A stretch of DNA of 64,000 nucleotides from a virus, in the IMG/VR virus record IMGVR_UViG_3300034018_000240; one strand, written 5' to 3'. The position numbers and the translations under genes are program-made. The notes beneath the pieces are model-generated. The model saw only the letters and a list, made by a program, of their open reading frames with translations. It made no database searches and was not told the origin of the DNA. Within the stretch, counting starts at the first letter, position 1, and each line of letters opens with the position of its first letter. Shown piece by piece: positions 18,397 to 27,207 of this stretch.

Positions 18397-18926
18397 TGTT
18401 TGATAAACTGATTGAGATAATAACTAACTGGTGGTTACAACTAACTCCAGTTATTATTGTCAGAGACTATGAAGGAGCTGTATTACTAAGGTGTGGAAAA
18501 TTCTACAGTGTTCTTGAACCTGGACTACATTTTAAGATTCCTTTGTTTGATGAGGTGATAGATCACCATGTAGTAACAACTACCCTTAGTCTTGATGCTC
18601 AATCTTTATACACCTTGGACAAACAAAACATTGTTGTCAAGGGAGTTGTAAAATACAAGATAGCTGATGTAAAGATATTCCTACTTGAGGTATTTGATGC
18701 ACAAGATGCATTGTCAGACATGTCTCAAAGTATAATAAAAAACGTTATTATGTCAATGACCATGGAGGAATGTACAGATCAGGAACTTGACAACACTTTG
18801 ACAAAGAAAGTTAGAGTGGAAGCTAGGAAATGGGGAGTTGAGGTTCAACAAGTTACACTTACAGACCTTGCCCCAATCAGAAGTTATAGGTTTATAAATG
18901 ACAACTTTCTTAACAAATTAGATTAG
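18396..18926 (+). CDS. SPFH / band-7 (stomatin-prohibitin-flotillin-HflK/C) domain protein
   Basis: Hydrophobic N-terminus (LIEIITNWWLQLTPVIIV), then VLLRCGKFYSVLEPGLHFKIPLFDEV matching the SPFH core (compare stomatin VLEPGLHFLIP), and a C-terminal ARKWGVEVQQVTLTDLAP block. Confidence 0.7.
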   Translation: MFDKLIEIITNWWLQLTPVIIVRDYEGAVLLRCGKFYSVLEPGLHFKIPLFDEVIDHHVVTTTLSLDAQSLYTLDKQNIVVKGVVKYKIADVKIFLLEVFDAQDALSDMSQSIIKNVIMSMTMEECTDQELDNTLTKKVRVEARKWGVEVQQVTLTDLAPIRSYRFINDNFLNKLD

Positions 18927-19036
18927 AGTAAAAAATATTAATGCTATATTATATTGAATAATGGTCAATATAAAGGCTCCTCTCTTTGCTATTAACTTAA
19001 GTTACTTTACTTTTACATACAAAACCAATTAAAACT

Positions 19037-19045
19037 CAACTACAT
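19037..19045 (+). promoter_or_regulatory. conserved CAACTACAT element abutting the start codon
   Basis: aaaactCAACTACATATGg. The same 8-9-mer is flush against the ATG at 22109 and 32164. Confidence 0.35.
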
Positions 19046-20329
19046 ATGGCTGAAAATCTAGATATGCCCCAAATGGGTAATTTTAGTATTCAAGATACTA
19101 TGGATATGGGAATGGGAAGTCAAGAGTTATTAAATGACTTGTTATCTCCTGATAGTGCTACATCTAACCCTGATGACATTCAGGATATTAAAGATGAACC
19201 TACACCTGCATCCACAAAGAAAACTACTTCTAAACAACCAGCTACATCAGCTCCTGCTCCAGAAGATGATAAGAAAGAAGAAGCTCCTGTAAAGGACATT
19301 CAAAGTTTCTTATATGGAGATGAAGATGATGAAGATGCTGAAGAAGATGATGACGCTCCTGCAACAGATAAAAAACCAGTTGCAAAAGGTGCTGATAATC
19401 AAGAAGATAGTAATGAAGATGGTGAAGATGGTGAAGAAGCAGTTCCTAACCAATTCGAAGCTTTATCAAAAGATCTTTTAAAACTAGGTGTCTTTTCACA
19501 AGACGAAGATGAAGAAGAAACAGTTATTGATAGCCCTGAAGCTTTCTTGGAAAAGTTCCAAGCAGAGAAGAAAAAGGGAGCTATTGAAATAGTAAACAAC
19601 TTCATTGGTCAGTTTGGAGAAGATTATCAAGAAGCATTTGATGCCATATTTGTAAAAGGAGTTAGTCCAAAAGACTACTTTAGTGCATATAATCAAATCC
19701 AATCTTTCTCTGATATGGATTTAAGCGATGAGAGTAATCAAGTTGCTGTTATTAAACAAGCATTGACAGATCAAGGATTTGAGCCTGAAGATGTTACAAC
19801 AGAGATTGAAAGACTTAAAAATTATGGTGACTTAGAAACTGTTGCTGCTAAACACCACAAAGTCTTGATAAAAAAGGAAGCGTCAAAGCTTCAACAATTA
19901 GAGCAAGATAAACAAGCTCAATTACAACAGCAACAAGCCATCAAGCAACAATACTTACAGAATGTAAACAATGTTTTACAAGAGAAGATTAAAGCTAAAG
20001 AATTTGATGGCATACCAATTAACCCTAAATTAGCTGGTGAACTACAAGATTTCCTAGTAACAGACAAGTACAAGACAGCATCTGGAGAAACTCTCACAGA
20101 CTTTGATCGTACTATACTGGAGCTGAAACGTCCTGAGAATCATGAGAAGAAGGTCAAACTTGCTCTATTGATGAAAATCATTGAGAAAGATCCTACACTA
20201 TCTACTATTCAAAAGACAGGTATCACCAAAAAGTCTAATGAATTATTTGGTGAGGTTGCCAGACAAGCCCAGAAGAGTTCAGTGAAATCTAAACAGTCAG
20301 CTAGACCTACTTCTTCTTGGTTTCAATAA
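19046..20329 (+). CDS. acidic coiled-coil protein, probable scaffolding protein (427 aa)
   Basis: D/E-rich N-terminal half (DEDDEDAEEDDD), Q-rich coiled coil (QQLEQDKQAQLQQQQAIKQQ). Located between portal and the putative capsid gene. Preceded by the CAACTACATATG motif. Confidence 0.5.
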   Translation: MAENLDMPQMGNFSIQDTMDMGMGSQELLNDLLSPDSATSNPDDIQDIKDEPTPASTKKTTSKQPATSAPAPEDDKKEEAPVKDIQSFLYGDEDDEDAEEDDDAPATDKKPVAKGADNQEDSNEDGEDGEEAVPNQFEALSKDLLKLGVFSQDEDEEETVIDSPEAFLEKFQAEKKKGAIEIVNNFIGQFGEDYQEAFDAIFVKGVSPKDYFSAYNQIQSFSDMDLSDESNQVAVIKQALTDQGFEPEDVTTEIERLKNYGDLETVAAKHHKVLIKKEASKLQQLEQDKQAQLQQQQAIKQQYLQNVNNVLQEKIKAKEFDGIPINPKLAGELQDFLVTDKYKTASGETLTDFDRTILELKRPENHEKKVKLALLMKIIEKDPTLSTIQKTGITKKSNELFGEVARQAQKSSVKSKQSARPTSSWFQ

Positions 20330-20364
20330 CAAATTTATATAACAAAAATTAAAAAAGTATAACA

Positions 20365-21918
20365 ATGGCAATTCAAACAATTCCAGGTTTAACTGGATTT
20401 ACTTATGCTCGTGTCGCTTCTATGGATAAGCGTGCAGTAGGTAAGTTAACTGATGCAAACCATTTAGAGAGCTTTCACTCTACAGAGCCTGCAGACTATG
20501 ATAAGAAGATTATCAGTTTGTACACTCAGAGTTCTCTTTATAGTAATGACTTCTTAGACATGATCAACAAGTCTACTCCTTACTATATTGATAACAACAG
20601 TGATGCTTGGAAATGGCAAGTACAAGTTCCTTACAAATTCCCAAAAATCATTGATGTTCCTACAAGCACATTAGAATTAAACAAACCTGGTATTGATGGT
20701 CAAGAATTCCAATTGATTATTGATACTAATGAGTTCTCTAAGAATGCAATTATTTCTGTAGGTACTCGTCAGTATGGTCCTCGTTTCTACGTAGTAAAAG
20801 ATCCTGTTCCTTGGAACGTAGGTTTCTTATACACTTTCACTTTGGTGAGTGACAATCCTACAGTAGATTTCGTAAGTGCTACATTCTTACAAGTGGGTAT
20901 CGAACTAGAATTAGTTGATGCTGCAATTGGTGAATTCGATCAAGACTTATTAGGTCTTCCTCGTTTAGGTGAGCAAATCACAATGTTTGAATCTTTAGGT
21001 TCTGCATATGGTTATGAGCACAAAATCACTGAGTGGGCTGATGATAAGATGATGAGAGATACAAAAGGTAATCCATTGGATATCTTAGTATACGCTCCTC
21101 AAAGACGTAACCAATTACCTTTAACTCGTAATGATGTTAAGTGGGAACCATTTATTGAGTTCTGGATGCGTAAGTCTATGTTAGAATTAAAAGTTAAGCG
21201 TATGATCTGGGCTCGTCCTGGAACTGTGAAGACTAATGGTTCTAAGCAAGAATTAAAGCGTACTTCTGCTGGTGTATATCACAGAATGCGTAACAATGGT
21301 AACTTAGTACAGTACAACAGAGGTGAGTTCACTGCGAACTTAATTCGTTCTGTATTTGGTGACTTATTCTACAGACGTGTGGATGTTAAAGACAGACGTG
21401 TTAAAATGTACACTAATGAAGCTGGCTTTGACGTATTCCAACAAGCTTTAAAGACAGATGCTTTGAATTCTGGCTTAACTTTCATGGCTGATTCTGGTAA
21501 CAGATACATGCAAGGAGAAGGACAACACATCACTTACAACTTTGCATTCGATGCAATGGTAACTCGTGAGACTGGTCGTGTTGAATTAATCCACTTGAAA
21601 GAGTTAGACCTTCCTCAAACAAATTTAGAATTTGGACAGAACAAGAAGTCAACTCCAGTATTTATGGTGTTTGATGTATCTCCAATGTCTGATGGTTCTA
21701 TGATCAATAATATTCGTGAAGTACGTATGAAGGGTGCACCTTCTATGACTTGGGGTTATATCGATGGTACTCGTCACCACTTAGGCTTTGCTAAGTCTCA
21801 AGGTATGAGTTCTGCGAACAAGTTCCCTGGATATGAGATTTGGATGAAGGATCGTTGTGATGTATTCATTGAAGATTTATCTAGAACAGTATTGATTGAA
21901 GAAATTCCTCAATTCTAA
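20365..21918 (+). CDS. putative major capsid protein (517 aa)
   Basis: Size and position (after scaffold, before a stem-loop cluster) fit crAss-like HK97-fold MCPs. No direct motif evidence. Confidence 0.5.
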   Translation: MAIQTIPGLTGFTYARVASMDKRAVGKLTDANHLESFHSTEPADYDKKIISLYTQSSLYSNDFLDMINKSTPYYIDNNSDAWKWQVQVPYKFPKIIDVPTSTLELNKPGIDGQEFQLIIDTNEFSKNAIISVGTRQYGPRFYVVKDPVPWNVGFLYTFTLVSDNPTVDFVSATFLQVGIELELVDAAIGEFDQDLLGLPRLGEQITMFESLGSAYGYEHKITEWADDKMMRDTKGNPLDILVYAPQRRNQLPLTRNDVKWEPFIEFWMRKSMLELKVKRMIWARPGTVKTNGSKQELKRTSAGVYHRMRNNGNLVQYNRGEFTANLIRSVFGDLFYRRVDVKDRRVKMYTNEAGFDVFQQALKTDALNSGLTFMADSGNRYMQGEGQHITYNFAFDAMVTRETGRVELIHLKELDLPQTNLEFGQNKKSTPVFMVFDVSPMSDGSMINNIREVRMKGAPSMTWGYIDGTRHHLGFAKSQGMSSANKFPGYEIWMKDRCDVFIEDLSRTVLIEEIPQF

Positions 21919-21950
21919 TAATGCCCCTCTAAGGATAGTATTCTTAGACT

Positions 21951-22080
21951 GACACCTCTGGTGTTTCGCATAAAAAAATCAGAAGACGTTCCCCCCACAT
22001 CCCAGTGGGGGAGTCTTCTAACACAGATGGACATGTACAAGTAAATTCTGTACAGTGTTCCCTTCGATGGGAACCATCTG
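21951..22080 (+). terminator. cluster of three stem-loops downstream of the putative MCP gene (terminator / RNA-stability elements)
   Basis: Hairpin GACACC-TCT-GGTGTT (21951-21965), then TTTCG. Long GC-rich hairpin GAAGACgttCCCCCCAC-ATCCCA-GTGGGGGAGtcTTC (21982-22018), preceded by A7. Hairpin CAGATGG...GTTCCC-TTCGAT-GGGAAC-CATCTG (22024-22080). No canonical U-tract on the plus strand. Confidence 0.4.
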
Positions 22081-22099
22081 CAAATAAACCAAATAAAAA

Positions 22100-22108
22100 C
22101 AACTACAT
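22100..22108 (+). promoter_or_regulatory. conserved CAACTACAT element abutting the start codon
   Basis: aaaaaCAACTACATATGg, downstream of the stem-loop cluster. Confidence 0.35.
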
Positions 22109-23077
22109 ATGGGCAAGATAGGAAAAATATCTACTATTAAAAAAGACTACAACAATTCTCAGTTACAAACAATGCAAGGTGGACTTGCATCAAGAGGCTA
22201 CACAAGAATTCCTGGTACAGGAGTTTTTAAATATCCTTATAAAGAATTGGATGGTCAGTACAGAACAGGCTTAGATCCAAAGGCTGCTTACATCAGAAGA
22301 ATCTCTGATCCTCTTGAAAGAGAGATGGAGATTGAAAGAGTAACAGAATTAAGAGACAAGCTAGAAGCAGCATTAGGTGGTGTTGACTTAGGTCCTCGTT
22401 CTCAGTTCTGGAACTATGGCTTATCAACTTCTGTTGATGATTCCTTACACGTACAACCTGTTAAGCTTATGGATGGCGACAATTATTATGATTTGTCAAT
22501 GCCATTGCAAGAGCTAGCATTCTCATGGTTGAGAGTTCATCCAACAATTGCTTCTAGCTATCAAGCTTGGGAGCGTGGTGAATTCCCTGCAGACATTCAA
22601 TATTATGTTGCAGATGATGAGATTGAAAACAAGGTGATGTTTAAAAAGAAACAACTTATTAATAAAGCTATTGTTAAGTTTGATTCTATGACTCCTGAGA
22701 AGAAGAAGAAAGTGGCTCGTCTACTTGGTCTTCCAGTATCTGATGATTCTAAAGAAGAAGCAGTTTACAATCAGGTGGATAACCTCCTAAAACAAACAGA
22801 ATTCAAGAATGGCAAATATCAAGGTTTGAACCCTATAGAAGTGTTCAACAGATTTGCAGATATGAAAGAAAACTTGCTCCATATCAAAGACCTAGTAAAA
22901 CAAGCTGTTGCTCATTCAATTTATAGAGTGAGACCTAATGGTAGAGTTTTTGAAGGTGAATTTGAAATAGCAGTTGATGAAGATGATTTAGTTAAATTCC
23001 TTGCAGATGAAGACAACCAAGATCAGTTATTGACTTTGGAAGGCAAATTAAAAGGAAAAAAAATAGCCTCATTATGA
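22109..23077 (+). CDS. structural protein of unknown function (322 aa)
   Basis: Preceded by the CAACTACATATG motif. Lies in the head/tail morphogenesis block. Confidence 0.5.
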   Translation: MGKIGKISTIKKDYNNSQLQTMQGGLASRGYTRIPGTGVFKYPYKELDGQYRTGLDPKAAYIRRISDPLEREMEIERVTELRDKLEAALGGVDLGPRSQFWNYGLSTSVDDSLHVQPVKLMDGDNYYDLSMPLQELAFSWLRVHPTIASSYQAWERGEFPADIQYYVADDEIENKVMFKKKQLINKAIVKFDSMTPEKKKKVARLLGLPVSDDSKEEAVYNQVDNLLKQTEFKNGKYQGLNPIEVFNRFADMKENLLHIKDLVKQAVAHSIYRVRPNGRVFEGEFEIAVDEDDLVKFLADEDNQDQLLTLEGKLKGKKIASL

Positions 23078-23805
23078 TCCCAGTAGATAGTTTATTATAT
23101 AAGATTGACCAGAAACTAAATAAACTATCAACAAATGAGCATCAACAAATTAACCTAGAAGATAAGATTCTAGCACTTAACGAAGCTCAGATAAAGCTAA
23201 TAAAGCAAAAGGTTGATGGTACTAGTACAAACTCTGGTTATGGGTTGGATGCATTTAAAAAACGCTATGAAGACCTTCAAAGTTTAGTTATCACCTATAA
23301 CAATCAACCTTTGCCTTTAGCATTAAAGAATGCACAGTTGAATCAGTATTTTGCAAGTCTTAATGTTTTGACTCCAAAATATATGTTCTATCTTGATAGT
23401 TATATATTAGCAGACAAAGGAAGATGTACAAATAGAAAGATATGGATAAATAGAGATTTGGCTAAACATGGTGACATTCAGTTTATACTAACTAATGACA
23501 ACTACAAGCCTTCTTTCGAATATCAAGAAACATTTAACTTTCTATCCTCTGACGAGATATCTATATTTACAGATGGTACATTTACACCAAAAGATATTTA
23601 CATATCATATATGAGATATCCAGTGTACATTAACAAGACAGGATATATCATGTTAGATGGCTTGCCTTCTTTTGATCAAAACTGTGAACTTGAGACTTAC
23701 TTAGAAGATGAGTTGTTGGATCTTACAGTACAAAACTTGGCAATGTATACAGAAAACCAAAGTGCTGTTCAAAGCTCAATCTATAGAATACAAACAAACG
23801 AATAA
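23074..23805 (+). CDS. structural protein of unknown function (243 aa)
   Basis: 4-nt overlap with the upstream gene (translational coupling). Confidence 0.5.
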   Translation: MIPVDSLLYKIDQKLNKLSTNEHQQINLEDKILALNEAQIKLIKQKVDGTSTNSGYGLDAFKKRYEDLQSLVITYNNQPLPLALKNAQLNQYFASLNVLTPKYMFYLDSYILADKGRCTNRKIWINRDLAKHGDIQFILTNDNYKPSFEYQETFNFLSSDEISIFTDGTFTPKDIYISYMRYPVYINKTGYIMLDGLPSFDQNCELETYLEDELLDLTVQNLAMYTENQSAVQSSIYRIQTNE

Positions 23806-23831
23806 TTTTTCACAATTAAATATAAAGCAAA

Positions 23832-24992
23832 ATGGCTGATTTTTCATTAACCACCCTCTTTGTAGTACCAGTAGGAAACACATTACCTAGCTCTGGATCT
23901 ACACAGAATTTAACAGCTGGTCAAGTAGGTATTTTCCTAAATGACTATAGTGTTGCTACATCTAGTAACATCGCTGATGCCCCTTATTTCTATGTTGCTC
24001 AAGGTAGAACAAACACGTATTTACAAGGCTCTAAGCGTTCAGACAAAATTGCTGGATGTGTAACTGGTGCTGCTTGTAAGTCAAACGTAACTGAATGGTA
24101 CAAGTCTAATGGTTGTGCAACTGCTGTAAATCAAGTTACTGATGTAACTGGTTTCACAGTTAAACCTGGTGAGATTGTAACATTAACTTTACGTGGTTTC
24201 TCTAGCTACTTAGAAACATTGTACTTCAATGGTTTCACTCGTTCTGTAACAGTTAATGCTCCATGTCTTGGATGTGGTGACGATCCTTGTACAGATGTAG
24301 ATGTGCCTGCATTGATTGATGATCTTATCTATCATTTAGAGTTAGATGCTCCAGGTAACAATCCTGATAACATCACTTTAAATCAATTTTACCAATTCCA
24401 AAGACTTGGTAACAATGCAAATGCGTTCTTACGTATCACTGGTAAACCATTGACTAAATATGGCCAGCCTTGTGACGTTGCTGCATTCCCTTGGGAGTAT
24501 GACAGATTCTACTTCAGAACTTTCATCTTCTCTGGTCCAGCTACAACTGCTGATTTCATTGTTGATGATCCTTGTAACAGAGTTGCTACTCCAGTGATTA
24601 GACAACGTTCTAACTATCCTGTTGGTACTTCTGCTGAAGTTCAACAATTAGAGAAGAACTTCTATAGCTACCAAGCTGGTTACTTAAAGCATTTATACAG
24701 AATGGGTGGTTACAACGAGAACTTTGAGTCTTGGGTAACTGATGGTCAAATCTATGATTTGTACTATATCAAATTCAATGAGTATAATAAATCTGAGTAC
24801 CAATGGGGTGACTATATCTATGAAGATAGCACAGTGATTATTGCTGTTCCTAGCAATCAAACAACTGCTATCGAAGCTATATTAGAAGCTGCTTTAGGAA
24901 CTGTTGCTGGAGATACATCTTGTATCACTACAACTAGTACTACAACTACTGTATGGCCTAGTACTTCAACAACAACTACTTTGATCCCTTAA
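23832..24992 (+). CDS. structural protein with Thr-rich C-terminus (386 aa)
   Basis: Ends CITTTSTTTTVWPSTSTTTTLIP; followed by an intrinsic terminator. Confidence 0.5.
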   Translation: MADFSLTTLFVVPVGNTLPSSGSTQNLTAGQVGIFLNDYSVATSSNIADAPYFYVAQGRTNTYLQGSKRSDKIAGCVTGAACKSNVTEWYKSNGCATAVNQVTDVTGFTVKPGEIVTLTLRGFSSYLETLYFNGFTRSVTVNAPCLGCGDDPCTDVDVPALIDDLIYHLELDAPGNNPDNITLNQFYQFQRLGNNANAFLRITGKPLTKYGQPCDVAAFPWEYDRFYFRTFIFSGPATTADFIVDDPCNRVATPVIRQRSNYPVGTSAEVQQLEKNFYSYQAGYLKHLYRMGGYNENFESWVTDGQIYDLYYIKFNEYNKSEYQWGDYIYEDSTVIIAVPSNQTTAIEAILEAALGTVAGDTSCITTTSTTTTVWPSTSTTTTLIP

Positions 24993-25020
24993 GAACTAAG
25001 GTAAGATCATATTAACCTAT

Positions 25021-25064
25021 GCCAGAGGGTGAGAGGATATCTCAAATCCTCTGGCATTTTTATT
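25021..25064 (+). terminator. rho-independent terminator
   Basis: GCCAGAGG...CCTCTGGC (alternative inner stem AGAGGAT-ATCTCAA-ATCCTCT) followed by ATTTTTATT. Confidence 0.5.
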
Positions 25065-25073
25065 ATATAAATC

Positions 25074-25631
25074 ATGACATTAGATTTTTTAGTAATTAAC
25101 ACTTATGATACTAGCACATTAGCAATAGCTGATACGTCTGTGTATAATACAAATCCACCAAGTGTTAGTTCTCCAACTATGCAAATAACTGTGCCTGGTT
25201 ATACTGTTCCTGTAGCTATTCCTTTCAATGTTCAACAAATAAATACTTATAACTCAATTATATTGGGTTTAACTGCTTTTCCTGCTATTTCTCCATTACC
25301 TGATGGTGTATATTTTTTAAAATATTCAGTGGCTCCAGCAAATACTAATTATGTAGAAAAAAACATAATGCGTACAAATGCTATTCAGGAAAAGTTTGAT
25401 AGTGCTTTTATGAAACTTGATATGATGGAATGTGATTCAGCTATCAGAACCCAAGCTAAGGTGGTATTAAATAGTGTATATTATATGATTCAAGGATCTA
25501 TAGCAGCAGCTAATAACTGTGCAATTGATACAGCTAACAGATTGTACAATCAAGCTAATAGACAACTTGACTATTTTATTGCTAACCAATGTGGTTGTAC
25601 AGGAAACAACTATATAATTAATTTCTACTAA
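25074..25631 (+). CDS. structural protein of unknown function (185 aa)
   Basis: Co-oriented ORF in the tail region. Confidence 0.5.
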   Translation: MTLDFLVINTYDTSTLAIADTSVYNTNPPSVSSPTMQITVPGYTVPVAIPFNVQQINTYNSIILGLTAFPAISPLPDGVYFLKYSVAPANTNYVEKNIMRTNAIQEKFDSAFMKLDMMECDSAIRTQAKVVLNSVYYMIQGSIAAANNCAIDTANRLYNQANRQLDYFIANQCGCTGNNYIINFY

Positions 25632-25632
25632 T

Positions 25633-25785
25633 ATGGCAAACTGTAGAGGATGTGGCATGAAAGTTGGATGTGGCTGTCAGTTGATTAATGGCCTATGTTC
25701 AGCTTGTCACAACAAAGCAAAAAATGCTCTAAAAAGATTAAAAGATGCTTACACCAAGATTGACAGATTGTGTAATAAATGGTAG
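25633..25785 (+). CDS. small Cys-rich zinc-ribbon-like protein (50 aa; below the ORF-track cutoff)
   Basis: MANCRGCGMKVGCGCQLINGLCSACHNKAK... CxxC-x5-CxC-x6-CxxC. Overlaps the start of 25745-26020 in another frame. Confidence 0.3.
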   Translation: MANCRGCGMKVGCGCQLINGLCSACHNKAKNALKRLKDAYTKIDRLCNKW

Positions 25786-26020
25786 TATCCCAGCAACTCT
25801 TACACAAATTGATGCAAGGTTGACATATTGGGCAAATATTGAATATAACAATATCTCCTTTTCTACCAATACTTACATCCCTGGGGATGTAATAGGAGAT
25901 TTACTAAATTACAAACGTATATTAGAATATAGATCTTGTAATCCAGATTATGCTATGGTGTGTGGTCTTCCCACTACCTCTCAAGTTATAAGCAGGGTTA
26001 AAATTCTAATTAATAAATAA
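25745..26020 (+). CDS. hypothetical protein (91 aa)
   Basis: ORF-track ORF. Overlaps the small Cys-rich ORF by 41 nt, so one of the two may be spurious. Confidence 0.3.
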   Translation: MLTPRLTDCVINGSIPATLTQIDARLTYWANIEYNNISFSTNTYIPGDVIGDLLNYKRILEYRSCNPDYAMVCGLPTTSQVISRVKILINK

Positions 26021-26028
26021 ATTATAAT

Positions 26029-27186
26029 ATGTCTTGCGAAAGTTGCTACAATGGTTGTGTTGATATAGTATCTGATAAGTGTGTCAGATATACAGGAGTT
26101 ACGTATGCCTCAGTGGGCATTGATGCTGGTGATTCTTTATACCAAGTAGAGATTGCTTTGATAGAAAAAGTCATTTCTTTCTTGAATGGATCTGGTATAA
26201 ACATTAGTATAAACCCTACTTTTTTATGTAACTACATGCAGACATTTTTACCTGCAGGTAGTACTTTTACACTTCCTACAATAATTTCAGGAATTGTAAG
26301 AGCTATTTGTGATATTAACACTCGTGTTGTTAGTATTAATAATACACTAACTATATTAAATGCTGATTATACAATTGGCTGTCTTACAGGAGTTACAGCT
26401 TCTTCTGACACTCATGATATTGTTCAGGCTACTATAAATAAACTTTGTGCAGTTTCAACTGATCTTACTGCTCTTACTCTTAATGTAAATACAAACTATG
26501 TTAAGTTAGCAGATCTTGATGCTTTGATTGCTGCATATATTGCAGGTACATCAGGTGGTGGTTCTACCCAACAGTATTTAAAAATGGTTCCATTTGTAGC
26601 CTATGAATATTATGGACCATTAACAAACTTTGATGGATCAGGTATTGGCATCCCAGCAAATGGTTTCTTCAAAGTATATTTATGTAATGGTCTAAATGGC
26701 ACCCCTGATAGAAGAGGACGTGCTGCTGTAGGAGCCATTCAAAATGTACCAGGTGCTCCATTAGATGCTGCAGTAAATCCTGCTAATGCTGGTAATCCAA
26801 ACTATGCTTTGTATAACACAGCAGGAGCAAACACTGTAACTTTGATTACATCACAAATTCCTGTACATAGTCATAATGCTACTGTAGTGGCATCTGGATC
26901 AGTGCCAAACCACACTCACATAATAATGGGAGGATCAGGTCCTGGTAATAGTCCTGCTCCAAATGCATTACAAGTTATGGCAAATGAAAAAGGAGATGGT
27001 GGTAATGCAAGTTATAAATTTTCAATTGCTAGTTCTCAAGTACATAACTCTGGTATAAGTAGTGCAAGTGGAGCTGGTCCTGTAGCACTTAGTGTGGCTG
27101 TTTCAAACAGCGATACAGGTAGTGGAGGAGCTCATCCTAACATACAACCTGTAATAGCTGCATATTATATTATGTATATTCCTTAA
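26029..27186 (+). CDS. tail fibre protein with phage tail-collar domain
   Basis: FKVYLCNGLNGTPDRRGRAAVG...ANTVTLITSQIPVHSHNA matches the collar-domain pattern (LPDLRGR...vtLt..qmPaHtH). N-terminus MSCESCYNGC is paralogous to that of the next gene. Confidence 0.65.
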   Translation: MSCESCYNGCVDIVSDKCVRYTGVTYASVGIDAGDSLYQVEIALIEKVISFLNGSGINISINPTFLCNYMQTFLPAGSTFTLPTIISGIVRAICDINTRVVSINNTLTILNADYTIGCLTGVTASSDTHDIVQATINKLCAVSTDLTALTLNVNTNYVKLADLDALIAAYIAGTSGGGSTQQYLKMVPFVAYEYYGPLTNFDGSGIGIPANGFFKVYLCNGLNGTPDRRGRAAVGAIQNVPGAPLDAAVNPANAGNPNYALYNTAGANTVTLITSQIPVHSHNATVVASGSVPNHTHIIMGGSGPGNSPAPNALQVMANEKGDGGNASYKFSIASSQVHNSGISSASGAGPVALSVAVSNSDTGSGGAHPNIQPVIAAYYIMYIP

Positions 27187-27207
27187 TCTATTTAAACTAA
27201 CTATAAA

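Noticed and set aside
21982-22018. Considered calling the GC-rich hairpin a canonical plus-strand intrinsic terminator
   Set aside because: There is no downstream U-tract on the plus strand (the sequence following is TAACACAG). The A7 lies upstream. It is therefore reported only as a stem-loop cluster of uncertain function.
22024-22080. tRNA-like hairpin with TTCGAT loop
   Set aside because: Only 57 nt from acceptor-like stem to its complement, too short for a tRNA. No D-arm or anticodon arm can be drawn. No other tRNA-like T-loop (GTTCGAATC) was found in the intergenic regions.
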